This document shows positions 1-14,300 of a stretch of 64,000 bases of DNA, piece after piece. Position 1 is the stretch's first letter; the number at the start of each line of letters is the position of its first letter. The stretch is taken from assembly GCA_951406725.2 (NCBI GenBank), contig OX597816.1, positions 35,898,001-35,962,000 on the forward strand, given 5' to 3'. The translations under genes and the position numbers were made by a program. A model generated the notes under the pieces. That model was not told the origin of the DNA, searched no databases, and saw nothing but the letters and a program-made list of their open reading frames with translations. This DNA is from Octopus vulgaris (lineage: Eukaryota).

Positions 1-362
<362 letters not shown>

Positions 363-754
363 TTCTACCGACCGATAAACTATGAATTGGTGCACTATTT
401 ATCTACGAGAGGTACACAAATACACTACTATTTAAAACCAAAATTCCTGTAACCTAATGAAGGTGGTTTTTAAAATCTTGTTCTCCTGGAAATCGTTAAT
501 GATGCTACAGAAGGCCTCCAGGGCCTGCAGATACTGTGCACTATTAAGATAGTTATATTCAGTTCAAAGAACTACACGCTAGTGCTGCTGCGGCCAAGCA
601 ATAATATATATCCAAACTAGCTATCCATATATGAATACACACACAGATGCACACACACATACACACACACATACATACACACACACACACACACACAAAG
701 ACACACATGCACATGCATGCACCCTATCGTGGATACAATGTATACATACCTACA

Positions 755-799
<45 letters not shown>

Positions 800-873
800 A
801 ATATTAGGGAATAAATCCAAATTTAAGGAAAAAAATCAGATTTAAGATTAAATCCAATTTTATAGTAAAATAT

Positions 874-1113
874 TATAAAATATTATTAGAGAAAAACACT
901 ATTGCAAAACAAACAAGGAAAGACTTAATCAATACATAAAATTTTAATAAATAGTCAAAAAATTTGAAACTGACTTATTGAAGTCCACCTGAAGATTGTC
1001 GATCAAGACAAGAAACGATTGTAGTGGCGGTTTTTTGACTATTTATTAAAATTTTATGTATTGATTAAGTCTTTCCTTGTTTGTTTTGCAAAATAGTGGT
1101 TTTGTCTCTAATA

Positions 1114-1123
<10 letters not shown>
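874..1123. repeat. Imperfect inverted repeat (arms 874-962 / 1031-1123) enclosing a hammerhead; PLE-tail-like mini palindrome between (TA)n tracts
   Basis: tataaaatattattagag...atagtcaaaaaa is the reverse complement of ttttttgactat...ctctaataatattttata with a few mismatches; (TA)n lies upstream (to ~797) and directly downstream (1121+). Confidence 0.9.
985..1027 (+). ncRNA. Minimal type I hammerhead ribozyme
   Basis: ccac-CTGAAGA-ttgtc(gatcaa)gacaa-GAAAC-gatt-GTA-gtgg: stem I ccac/gtgg, stem II ttgtc/gacaa, intact core, GUA cleavage triplet at 1021-1023. Confidence 0.85.
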
Positions 1124-1150
<27 letters not shown>

Positions 1151-1868
1151 TTAAGTGCATGCATATGTATGCCAATATTCTGTAAACGTCGGAATAAATG
1201 ACTGAACTTATTCTACACACACACACACACACATACACTAAAACACACACATGCACAAGCATACACCTCAACGTCGATGCAATGTATATATATATACTTA
1301 CATGCCAATATTCTGTAAACGTCGGAATAAATGACTGAATTGAAATGTTTATAAATTCTTCATAAGTTGTCACTTTATTACACATTTACATCTTTAACTC
1401 TGACAGGTTTGGGATTCGTTCTTAAACTAGTTCCATGGTAATATTGATATGCCTATTTGTTTGTTACAATACAATTGGAGATATGATTATATATAGCGTA
1501 AATTATTATACTATTTTTCATAATGATTGAGTCTAAACAGATGCAGAAATATCCATATCTGTCACTAAGAAATATGTGTAAATATTCCGATGTATTTATT
1601 GTCTAACAGACAGTGAGCCATTCGTTAAAACTTTGTTTAAATGACTATCCTTTCTCGATAGCTCATGAGAGGAAACCGTTTTGCAAATTCCATACGTGTA
1701 TTGTTCAAGTAATAAGAGAGATGTGCACCACCAGGAACGACTAAAGTGTACATGAGAAGACCAACAAAAAATATCAACTAATAGCAAAAGCTAAAGGTGA
1801 TGATCAATTTACATATTAGTATATATTGTTTGCAAAATATTCCTATTCCCAAGTATTCATATATATGT

Positions 1869-2383
<515 letters not shown>

Positions 2384-2419
2384 ATATATATGTGTGTGTG
2401 TGTGTATGTTTGTGTGTGT

Positions 2420-2900
2420 GGAGGTAGTTAGGGCAGCAGACTCGCGGTCGTAAGATCGCGGTTTCGATTCCCTGACCGGGCATTGTGAACATTTATTGAG
2501 TGAAAGCACCTAAAACTCCACAAGGCTCCGGCAGCGGGGTGGTGGTGAATTCTGCTGTACTATTTCACCACAGCTTTCTGTCACTCTTTCCTCCTGGTTC
2601 TGTTGTACCTGTATTTCAAAGGGCCAGCCTTGTCACACTTCGTGTCACGCTGAATCTCTTCGAGAACTATGTTAAGGGTACACGTGTCTGTGGAGTGCTC
2701 AGCCCCTGCACGTTATTAAATGAGTACCAAGCTGTATCAGTCTTTGTCCTTCCCTGGGATAACATCGGTGGCGTGGAGAGTGGAAGCTGGCATGTGTGGG
2801 CGACTGCTGGTCCTCTATAAACAAACTTGCCCAGACTTATGCCTCGGAGGGTAACTTTCTAGGTGCAATCACATGGTCATTCATGACCGAAGGGGGTCAC
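2420..2900 (+). mobile_element. Second tRNA-derived SINE family
   Basis: tRNA-like head gtagttagggcagcagactcgcggtcgtaagatcgcggtttcgattcc (A/B boxes), followed by a unique body, flanked by (TG)/(TA) repeats. Confidence 0.6.
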
Positions 2901-2991
2901 ACAATATATATGTGTATACATATTTATTTATATATATATATGTGTGTGTATGCATGCGAGTGTGTGTGTGTGTATGTGTGTGTATGCGTGC

Positions 2992-3044
<53 letters not shown>

Positions 3045-3045
3045 G

Positions 3046-3600
3046 TCAACCCTGCAGCCCTTATGATATCGGATTTGATGAGATCGAGTATACGTGTGCT
3101 AATGATACCTCTCTCACTCTTAGAGCGGTTGATCAGCCTGCATTTGGGAAGTTGAGCTTACGGTCCTTAAGTGTAATATTACTGGAGTTGGGGGTCGACG
3201 TGGTGAAGCAGTCCTTAGCTTCTGTGTTTATGCCATTGTATGTGAAATTACAGGTTTTCTTGTATGTTTGGGTGATGGCGCTTCTAAGAAGTATTGAGTG
3301 CAGGGAAGTGTTTATTTATTAAATGATTTTTGTTCTGTCTGCAAGGCTATTTATTTTCGGTGATTGATTAATGCATGTCATATAGTCATTTTGGAATTTA
3401 AGGAAGGGGTTAGAATAATGCCCAAAGCTTACCTTATATACAATGTTCCATAGGTAAGCTTACCTTATATACAATGTTTCATAGGTAAGTCTTGAAATGA
3501 TCAAAGACTTTCATACGTGGCGGGTTTGAAATTCGCAGTGCTAACGAATGTGAATCAAAATATTTTGATCCATATAAAATTGTTTATCCCAATAAATTTG
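3046..3600 (-). pseudogene. Nematis-like PLE reverse transcriptase N-terminal fragment (inverted piece)
   Basis: Manual minus-strand translation across stops/frameshifts gives LADRT...AITQTYKK and ITLKDRK...KCRLINRSKSERGIISTRILD, matching the ADKT / ITLKDHK...CRLINPAKSE motifs of this PLE group. Confidence 0.7.
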
Positions 3601-3692
3601 TTGAGTGACCTTCTCCCATTTGTCCACTGACTCTTAAAATTGCTCCATACTCTGTTGAGCGACATTCGCGAACGTCTGATCAACAGTTTGCA

Positions 3693-4570
3693 TTGGAGAG
3701 ACAATGCCTATCGTTCTCTCTGAGCAATCACCTAATACCTCCAAGAAACATCTACATGACGCGACTTACGGAAAAGACGGAAATTGTCTGCAAATGCATG
3801 CGCTGGAAGGCTTCCTTCTACGAGAATCCGTCCACCACCATATATATGGATATCTACGCTCCTAGCAAAAACGTCTTACAAAAACGTTTTGGCTAGGAGC
3901 GAGATTACTGAGAGGCAAACGTATATAGACAATCTTCAAACACCCTCTACTCACATCAAAAGGTTTAGGAACAGGGAAATTATATGATATAACCCCTCCT
4001 GCAATCTAGAAGTTCCCACCTATTTAGCTAGGGGATTCTTGTCGTTAATTAAGAAAGGCTTCCCCAGAGGCCACATGTATTTCGATTCTTCAACCCCCAT
4101 TATGTCATGGTGAGCTACTCCTGCTTAGACAGTATGCAGACAGTAACATCAGAATAAATACACGCACACCAACCCCAACACCAACTTTCAACTTCCTAAT
4201 CCCCACCATGTGCCCTCTAGAAATATCCTGCCTCTCAAGGGCTGTAGTATACAAAACCACCCTTAGACCATCCGGTAGCGTTACCAGGCACTATACGAGT
4301 GTGACAGCTAATGACTTCCAGGAAAGATACTCCCAGCATATGCACTCGTTCAGATCCAGGGACAGAGATAACTGTACTTTCCTGTCTCACTTTCTCCGCA
4401 GACTCCGTGACCTCCACGAAAACTGCATATCCTTCAAACCGGCTGTATCCCCCAAAAAGAAATACGATTTATGGTTTTGCTGTCACCAGAGGTATGCCCT
4501 GGACCTTTAAACGCAGACCGCAAAGACAGAAGAAATGCTGCCTAGCTTTTCGTCCAACGCAGCAATAATT
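3693..4570 (+). pseudogene. Nematis-like PLE fragment: N-terminus fused to linker and GIY-YIG endonuclease, RT core deleted
   Basis: LTEKTEIVCKCMRWKASFY; REII*YNPS...FLSLIKKGFP...VSYSC; ORF 4208-4510 CPLEISCLSRAVVYKT...HYTSVTANDFQERYSQHMHSF (degenerate GIY-YIG). Confidence 0.75.
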
Positions 4571-5678
4571 TTCCCAGATCATCGCAATTCTACTACTATT
4601 ACTAATAATAATTGCTTTTTCTTACTTTAGCTCAAGACTTGCAATTTGAGGGTAAGTTGATTACATCGAGTTACCGAGTGCTCAACTGGTATTTTTATTT
4701 TATCCACCTCTAAATGAGGAAAGGCAAAGTCAACCTCAGCAGAATTCGAACTAGAGAACGTGAGGACGGACAACATACCACTAAAACTGTTATCCGCGTG
4801 CTAACACTTCCGCAAGCTTGTTGCTTTAACATACACTGAATAGTAATTTTTTGTTAATTCTGTTTTGTAGAACACAGGCTTCTATTTAATATATTATATT
4901 CCAACCATCAATTTACCATTAAATGATTATATTTCAAATCAATAGTTTATTGTTCAAATGTGTTTCAAGTTTTTGACTATGTTTCTAATGTTTATTGAAA
5001 ATTGACTGTTAATTAATAGTTTTTAATAGAATGCTCTATTTATGCTAAAACAACTTTAGGCGGCGCGCTGGCAGAATCTCCACCACGCTAGCCAAAATGC
5101 ATTTTTGGCAACTTTACGTTATGCATTCAAATGCTGCCGAAGTTGACTTTTACTTTCACCATTTCGCAATCGATAAAATAATCACAATTTGAGCTCTGGG
5201 GTCGATGCAATCGACTAAACCCCTCCCACGAAATTGCTGGTTTTGTACCAAAATTTGATGCTAATATATATACACTTTCAAATAGAAATTTTGAATAAAT
5301 TTCTCAGCTTAAATTTGTTTCCTTTCTTTTTTTATTTTCTGTTTTAAGTAACGAATATACTTGCAATGTAAAGATGAAAAAACTTTGTCCATTTTAACGA
5401 GGATGGTTTTAATATTGTATTTCGCAAGAAGTGATTGTTTCCTACAGGAATCTTGTGTATGACACCCGTTTAAATCAAATATCTTGTATTGTCACGGTAA
5501 ATCAAATTCTTGGTCACATGTTACAAAATAGCTAGAGGTTGTCCATGAATAATGGTGTCAGAAAAGCGAAGTAAACACAAAGGCCTCCTATTGTTAACGT
5601 ACAATGCGTATTCAAAGTTATATTATATCTTTACAAATTTAGAATCGATAAATCATTCAGCTCATTTTCGCTGTTCTA

Positions 5679-5715
<37 letters not shown>

Positions 5716-5817
5716 TCGGGGTGAGTACTTGATAATTATAAGCACCTGTGTATACCGTTTGGTGGTGTAGGTGGTGGAGTAAATTGATCAAAATAAAAAC
5801 ATGATGCCAAGGATTCA

Positions 5818-5895
5818 GCGGTACATATGTTTCGGGCCTTTATTAGACAGATTTATAACAATGCATAATGTATGTCTGTGGCCTTCTTCAGCCGC
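5818..5895 (-). ncRNA. Type I hammerhead ribozyme, left arm (mirror copy)
   Basis: Reverse complement of 6094-6171. Confidence 0.75.
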
Positions 5896-6093
5896 GCACA
5901 ACAGCTTCCACAAGGACATGTGTTACATCAAAAATTCTTGGTTGGGGATGCAAATCCTCTCATTCGAGAGAAGAAAGAGATGGACGCTTCAATTCTATGC
6001 TGTTGCCGCATTATGTCGTACGCGAATGAGAGGATTTGCATCCCCAACCAAGAATTGTTGATGTAACACATGTCCTTGTGGAAGCTGTTGTGC

Positions 6094-6171
6094 GCGGCTG
6101 AAGAAGGCCACAGGCATACATTATGCATTGTTATAAATCTGTCTAATAAAGGCCCGAAACATATGTACCGC
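6094..6171 (+). ncRNA. Type I hammerhead ribozyme with long loop II, right arm
   Basis: gcgg-CTGAAGA-aggcc...ggccc-GAAAC-atat-GTA-ccgc; stem I gcgg/ccgc; palindromic stem-loop III ACATATGT typical of PLE minimal HHRs; the base of stem II is imperfect. Confidence 0.75.
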
Positions 6172-6202
6172 TGAATCCTTGGCATCATGTTTTTATTTTG
6201 AT

Positions 6203-6269
<67 letters not shown>

Positions 6270-6619
6270 AAACAGATTCATAGACAGACACACAGACAGA
6301 GAGAATACATATAGATATCTAAATGATTTTATGCATTTGTATGTATATACGTGTATGCATATGGGAGAATGAATTTTGAAGCAGAGGATTCCCACCTTTC
6401 AACACGTATCTCTCTGAGTTTGGGAAAGATATATGGAACATAGTTAGGAACATTAAATTCCCGCACGACCCCGCCCGCTTAAACGGAATCCACACGTAAG
6501 GATATTACACAAAATATGCAAAGAATTGGCTATGACGAAAGAAATATTTATATCCTTCGGTCGTTCAATTTTCAACTGACCAGCAGACCAATTGTGTAAA
6601 CTTATCACCATGTGTAAAC

Positions 6620-8335
6620 CTATCATCCAGGAAGGCAGCTGATTGTCTTCTTCCTTTTCCAATGTGAACTGTGTGGATGTCTTTATTGAGTTCACATGAT
6701 CTAACAACACTTGTACATCTTTCTGGTGGGGCCAAAGTATAAAGATGTCATCAACATATCGCAGCCATAGGGTTGGTTTAGTAGTGTTGATCCTAAAGTC
6801 AAATTCTCAAAGTATTCCATGTATATGTTGGCGAATATCGGTCATAATAGCGAACACATACCTAACACTCTTTTTGTCGATATATATCACTGTCCATACT
6901 GAAGTAGATAGTTTCTACCCAGATGGTCAACGTTTCCATCAAGTTCCTTATTGGTACACTAGTGCGTTCTTTTAGATGGGTTTCTGTCACTACTTTCTCA
7001 TAAATCACCGATAGTGCTTCACCAATTGGGACGTTGGTGAACATACTTATCACACCTAGACTTACAATCTAGTTGGATTCAATTCTGTGACGTGAGTAGA
7101 ATTCTTCACGAACGATGTTGACTTTTCTGTTAATGGACTGATTATATCTACAAGGAAGCGGCTCAGTGGATGACATGGTGAACCTCTACGGCTCACTATA
7201 GGTCTTAATGGAATACCATCCTAGTGAATCTTAGAGAGAACCTACATGTGTGGTAGTTTAGTGTAGAGTTGAGTCGGTTGTCTGTACTTCATTGGTGTAA
7301 AGTATACTTGTTCTTAGTCAAGATCTGTGACAACTTTCTCTTTGTTTTCAGAGTTGGGTCTTCCTTTACTTTACTGTAGCTACCATCACTTGTAAGTCTT
7401 GCCAATTTTTCCGAGTAGTCAGCCTTGTTTATCACCACTGTAGCATTTCACTTGTCTGCTGGAAGTATTATGATGGAATTGTCACTATGTAGTCTTTTGA
7501 TAGGGAACTTTTCTTCCTTAGTGGTTTAGGAAGTTTCGCTTTTCCTAGTACCTGTCTCACTTTCCACTTTAGTTCATCTCCCTGAGGTTTTGGTATCTTT
7601 ACGGTTATCTCTTCAATAGGGGCTATTATATCCAAATATAGAATGGGCTTGATGGTTGTCGCAATGTTGAGACCTTTGTTTAGTAGTGCTTTTTCAGATC
7701 TTTCTAGATGTCGGCTACTTTAATTAATGCTTTCACGGGTGGGTGACGGATTTCAGTCTTCATTCTCTGACGTTTGAGTTTCATAAACTTCATAACCTGG
7801 CTAGTCTTCACCATTTCAAATTCTTTCAGGTACAACTTTTCTTTATCTTGTTGGATTCTCTTTCCTTCATCATCACTGTTTATTTTCCTAAGTAATGAAG
7901 ACAACCTCTCTTTGATTTGTTTTTTTTAGTTGATGTTTTTTCCAACGGTTGTAATGGATCTTCTCACGGACGAGGGTGTATCCTGCCCTTTCCGCCACTC
8001 TTCTAGCTTTATATGAATCCGCTGATATCATTATATTCAAGCCAGGTGACTTTAGCTTTGAGTCTACTTTTACACATAAAAGTTAGATGGTTTGAAAGAC
8101 GAGCTAGTTTTTGATGGAGTTTATCTCTATATCTCCATTGAAGTCTAATTAGAAAAAAGACTTCTATTTTTAAGAGATGAAAAATTACGTACTTTATTTA
8201 CATTTGATGGATATTTGTCCTCATCATGTTTGTTGTTAACACAACGTTTCGGCTGATATACCCTCCATCAGGTGTCTTGGGGAAATTACGAAACTGGGTT
8301 CTCATTCCTAATGTATTTGTCAATGTTGTTATAAT
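6620..8335 (-). mobile_element. Penelope/Poseidon-like PLE, degenerate RT with 5' pseudo-LTR remnant
   Basis: Minus-strand motifs KLARLSNHLTF, ISMFTNVP, YRQKE, LWLRYVDDI, QFTLEKEEDNQLP; many stops and frameshifts; HHR remnant just upstream (8238-8276). Confidence 0.85.
8238..8276 (-). ncRNA. Broken hammerhead in the 5' pLTR (A9 and 5' strand of stem II missing)
   Basis: Reverse complement gacac-CTGATG-[gap]-gagggtatatcagcc-GAAAC-GTT-gtgtt; stem I gacac/gtgtt; palindromic AACGTT. Confidence 0.6.
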
Positions 8336-8339
8336 TATT

Positions 8340-8912
8340 GAGCGAGGGAGTAGTGCATGCCATCAAAGTGACATTGGGGTAAAATATACGAAGCCCAGTA
8401 TACCCATCATGACTACCTGTCTTATAAGGGTAAACTAGGCACAAGCATCACAACCATATGTGCGCGACATGGTGATCTCATATCAAAATAAACAGCATAT
8501 GACATGCAGGTCGGGCCAAGTTAGAATTTTCTTCTGGTCGAGTAACCCATCCCGTTCAAAAGGTCCCTGAATAAGGGTTGTTTAAGGTTGTTGAACGAAA
8601 CACCCATGTTTCCAGAGGTGAATAATTCAAACCCCAAAGAATCCCTCTCAACACATGGCTATGATGCTCTCCCACTACTTATGCTCGTGATTAGAGATGC
8701 ATATATCGTTAGCCACTAAGGGACATGCTCAACTGGTTACGGTCAAACAACTGACAAGCAAATCTGTGGTATTGAGCAGAAAATTTTCTGTAGCCCATCT
8801 TTTATACCAAGACAAAACAATGTACATGATAACACTTCCAATCAGTTAAGATCACAAGACACGTGCATCAGGGCAACGGTATTGCATCAGGGCATGGTAC
8901 TGCATCAGGGCA
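8340..8912 (-). mobile_element. (TAA)n-associated non-coding retroelement (family uncertain, possibly R4/Dong-related)
   Basis: Same sequence recurs at 21083-21310 + 23975-24070 and 24136-24250, next to (TTA)n-type sequence; the end motif gcatcagggca is triplicated at 8865-8912. Confidence 0.6.
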
Positions 8913-10065
8913 TATTATTATTATTGTTGTTGTTGTTGTTGTTGTTGTTATTATCATTCAGGTCGCTGCCTGGAATCGAACTCGGAATCTTGAGCATATA
9001 GTGTAGTGGTTAATAGCGCGGCTTACTAACCAGTGACTTGAATAATAATTGCCCCCAATATCAACCTAATGTCACATCTCTATAGATAATCATTGTGGTT
9101 TGGGGAAAAATCTCATTTTAATTATTTACCACTATATATTTATCTATTCATACGCCTTAATAACTTATCCCATTACATCATTTTTCACTCTATCTCATTA
9201 GCTGCTTCTATGTGTAATATATATTGAACTGAAGATTGTTCCTCTTCCCACGACTGTAGATTTAAAATTCTCGTAAAGTTACGTAGTTTTCTATCTATGT
9301 TTTCAATTCGTTATCTACAGAAAAATGCTACTGGCAATATTAAATTTATTACCCCAAAAGATATATATTTAACTTCTGAATACTTTGTTAATTTTTATGT
9401 ACATATAGATACTTCATATCTGTCTGTAAATGCGACTTATGTAAACCATTGTAAAATTTAACACTTCGCTTTTATGCATAATCTATAATACAAATTTATA
9501 CTAGTTCATACTTCTTTCTGTTAGGCAACTCTATTTCCTTTCTCTTGTATGTTTCATTTCCTTATGTATACGAATAGAAGAGAATATGATCAAAAACTGC
9601 GTGTACTCCATCCCATGCAGCTGTGGTAAGCCATACAATGTAACTAAATGTATTAGAATTATATTCTAATACATTTAGCTACTTCTCATCCAATGCTAAT
9701 TTATATTATATCCATTCTCCTCTCTTTGGAACCTGTCTAGTTACTCAAGTAAAAATCCAACCAATATAATATTATAAATAGTATATTGTCCGATGTATAT
9801 GGTTCAAACCCGAAAAAAAGCTTACAAACATAAATGCGCTAATGAACAGTATCTATTACATTCCGGTTACTAAAATTTTCGTGTTGGCTTTTCAACGTCT
9901 TCATATATTCGATCTCATTCATATAAATCTGTTTGAATTTGTAATATATATTGAACTGAAGACTTTTCCTCTCCCCACCACTATAGATTTAAAACACATG
10001 TTTCATAATTTTGTATTATGGCAAAATTATTAGTACCCAGAGCGAAGAGTTTTCATATGCACAGG

Positions 10066-10152
<87 letters not shown>

Positions 10153-10285
10153 TGCATTTTGAAGACTCTAATCCAATGATATATTTGTGTGAATGTATCT
10201 GGTTATATATGCGTGTATGTGTGTGAGAATGCATATATATAAATATATATATATATATCAATATATATATATATTTGTGTGTTTG

Positions 10286-10336
<51 letters not shown>

Positions 10337-10632
10337 CAAGAAATAATGTTTACTCTTTTACGGACACAAAGTGGTTTATAGGACTGCAAGTAAGAAGCAC
10401 TCAAAAGAACTGAGACATAAGAAAAATATTGCTTGTAACATATTAATTAAAAAGAAAAACTTTTCTTTTAGTCGAGAAATTTGTGGCGAAAGTGTACCAC
10501 AAATTTCTCTCAATCTTTCTTCTGTTGGCCTGCTCCTTAGCCAGCCATGTGGCATCATTTGAAGGCTAAAACGTTGCGAAGCGCATTGTGACCAGCGATG
10601 TGTAGCAACATATGATAGCCTGGTCGGTCACG

Positions 10633-10702
<70 letters not shown>

Positions 10703-10888
10703 CATGTGTGTGAGTTTGCATAGATCAAAGCAGAAAAGGCAAACAGTGCATTTAATTTATCTACATTATAAAACGTTTATATAAATATTTCTAAAATGTA
10801 CCAGTTATTGGAACGTCATGTCGAGGGATGATCCTATAGGCTGAGTCTACCGTCATCGGAGAAACAAGTCAAACAACCCATATTCACA

Positions 10889-10960
10889 AAATTGACGAAT
10901 GTTGCCGATGTGCGTGTGTGCGATCCCCCACACACGCACATCGGAAACATTCGTCAATTT
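10889..10960. repeat. Hairpin (~32-bp arms)
   Basis: aaattgacgaatgttgccgatgtgcgtgtgtg / cacacacgcacatcggaaacattcgtcaattt, one mismatch. Confidence 0.85.
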
Positions 10961-11105
10961 CTTGACAATCGAATCCTAAACTCGAAATATTGAATATAAA
11001 GTAAGTGTACATTAAATCACATATTTGTTTTGTTGTGATTTACCTTGCATTTACTTCGTATTGACTTGGCGTTACCCACGACCCTTTATAATATACATAT
11101 ATATT

Positions 11106-11168
<63 letters not shown>

Positions 11169-11334
11169 ATTACATGTTTATAAATTATTACCTGTGCATA
11201 AAAGGTAGTTCAGAAAAGCCATTTCTATTCATTTTTTGAAATATTTAATAAACTATCAAGTATAATTTGTTACTTATTTTAACAATATATATGTGTGAAT
11301 GTATATATATGTTTGCACACGTGTGTATTTGTGT

Positions 11335-11374
<40 letters not shown>

Positions 11375-14300
11375 GTGTATGTGTATGTGTGTGTGCACAA
11401 TATCCTTCTCTCTGTCTCCTTCAACAATATACGCTCACAATTCTTAGGTCGGCCAGAGGTTTTAGTAGAAAACATTTCCCCAAGGTGCCACGTAGTTCGC
11501 CTAAATCCGGAACCATGTGGTTGGGAAAACAGTTTCTTACCACACAGCCACGCTTTTGCAACATTTCATTAGGTATATCTTCTTCTCCTTGGAGGAAATC
11601 TGTAGCGGTGAATTGATTGATGGAACCAAATTTGACTATTATTCACTGCTTCCACGTTACTAAACATGTTCTCTTCGACAGTGTAACAGAGTCTTGATCA
11701 ATTCCTCAATGGTATTTCTTTACATCTTTGAATAGGTAAAGCAGATATATCCACTGAAAATTTTATTACTAAGGCTGTGAACAGATATGTTCTTATGCTG
11801 CAAAAAGCGAGCGATATATTTTACAAAATAATTTTTTTTCATCTTTTATTAATATTTTCCAATATTTCGTCAAATACATTTTAACAGAGCTGGGAGCAAT
11901 TACATACAGTCGCAACCTACCATGTTATGCGATATTGTGCAATGTGACAGCTACATTCTGAAATGCATGTTTTGTATGACATATAAGTTTTGGAATCTTC
12001 AAGATCATATCATTCATTCATATTTTACAACGTGTGTTTCTTTAAAATCTTATTTGCGAAATGAAAGACGTCAGTATTATTATCATTTTAGTGCTTATGC
12101 TATGTATTATTACTATTAGTTTATTGTGATGTGAATGTATTTTGGGTTTATATTTTAAGATTTTTTTTTATATGTACAACTATTCTAACTTAAATAACCG
12201 TTATGAAGTCTTATAGCAAAAAGACTTAGACTTTTGTAATTGCAGTGCTTGGAGAAGATGAGTGCCTGTAATATTTTGGAGATGATATCAACAGTGCCAC
12301 ATTGTCTCGATATTAATTATGTCAGATAAAATAAATCAATATTTTAGTACATTGAAATTCTCAAACAAGTTTTCATAACTGAGCATATGAACACAAGTTT
12401 ATAGTATTGCAAAGAAATGTAATGCTTGATGCGTATCAATAATTGCTGTAGTCTTGGGAATTATGCTTTCATTAGTGAAAAGTCAATTCAATTATTTCGG
12501 AAACGGAAGGAAGTTAAATAAGTTGCTGTAGTGCACTAACTACTATAGAGTGTAAACAACATCAGAGAGACATATGAAGAGATTCCCATGTCATGCATAG
12601 TAATTAAAAGCAATCCCAAGGGATTCATTTATAAGCGGAAGTTTGGAAGTACATTATAAATGAACTTTTCACATTTAGATTGTGAACTCTGCTATAAACA
12701 TAGCTCTATAATACAACTGAAGCCTTTTCCTTTAAAGTATTTGAGTGGAAAATACAATCCGATTAATAGAATGCTAAATGCGATTTAGGTTTCGTGCAGA
12801 AATAATATAACAGGTGTAATTCTTGTAAATAGCTACAAACAATTATTTAATTATTTAAACTCTGGCACGATTTGCCTACCATTTGTCTGTAGAAAAGTTT
12901 TCTTTTCCGTTTATTAACCTTCATTCACTTGGTAGTACGGTTATTTAATTTATTTCAACACTGCGTATCATTTTGTTTCGTTAAACATTTTGTTGCTTTA
13001 TTCGTTGAACTGCAGCCATTCAGGGGCTCCGTCGTAAATGGTGTAGTAAGATTGACACTACAACTATAAATTAAGTTCGCTAGTTGATCACTTTTCGTAG
13101 AGCTTCTAATTTATGAGGATGTAAACAAATATACATCCATTATCAAGCAATGCATAAACAACTGTTGCATGCACCTACATTGTGAATTTATTCATGATAT
13201 TAATAAGAATGCAATATATTTCTCCGCCAAAATGTATTAAACATCTCATATAACCTATGTAGTCCAATGACCGATTTAGAGGAAACCTTGTATATTTATC
13301 TCAGTAGGTAAACGTGACTACACACAGGAAAGCACGCACATACGCACCCACACGCATTCATACACTCACGAACATAAGCGTACACACACAAAATCTCATT
13401 CAAACACATAAACACACAGACAAATATAAATATAAATCACAGATCTAAAATATTGTACGTTATATGGCTTTCCACTTTAGAAACATCCAGCACTTTGAAA
13501 GGAAGAATAGGTCAATAATATTGAGTCTAGTACTTGAATAGTATTTGTTATTGAATCAGTGAAGAAAGACGAAAGACAAAGCTGACCTGAGGGCAATTTG
13601 AAGTCAGAAGCTACGTAACCGGAGACAAACACATTTTCCACTGGTCTAACAATTTTGCTATTCCACCGCCCTTAAAAATATGCTGTATATAAAATGGAGT
13701 GTTTAGCGTTTATGCATTGGAGAGGTATGAGAAATTTTTATGAAGCCAAACGTAAGATATTTTCGAAACAACTTGCTAGTGTTTGCAATAGTTTTATATG
13801 AACAATCATGCGTAATTCATTTCGACAGGTATTTTATATGTATAAAAGGGAAGAAAAGAGATTATATGCACTCACATTCAAGCAACTTTTGAAACAGAAC
13901 ACTTTTGAAACAGTACACTTTTGCTTCCGCAAAAAGGTTTTTATGTAATGGGCAATTCAGAATATATACAGATTTTTTTTTTTTGATATGAGAAGATTTT
14001 TTAAACATGTAATTTATTGTTTGGCCCTTTTGAAATGCATAAAACAAAATATATAATTTGTTATCATCCTGATGGATTGATAGTCAGATTCCAGATCCAA
14101 TCACATTCAATTTATTACAATGAAACAAATTTTTTTATTCGAATTGTTTAAAACATGCTACGAAGAAAAGAAAATAAGCAGAAAATGTTTGTGACATTAT
14201 GTTGAAAGTAAAGAAATACAATAAATATGCAAATTGTGAATGATTTCACAAACACATACAATTTAAATGCATGTATTCAGTGTTATGGAAGTAAAAGCTT

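Larger units (their letters stand above)
5783..6206. repeat. Near-perfect palindrome (184-bp arms 5783-5966 / 6023-6206, 56-bp spacer) with one hammerhead per arm
   Basis: Arms are reverse complements with ~2 mismatches; mirrored ORFs in the track (MMPRIQRYICFG... on both strands); (TA)n at 5683-5710 and 6206+. Confidence 0.95.

Noticed and set aside
9645-9679. 16-bp AT-rich hairpin and short direct repeats (1169/1302, 9213/9941, 33661/34378)
   Set aside because: Real, but most likely local slippage or duplication with no sign of function
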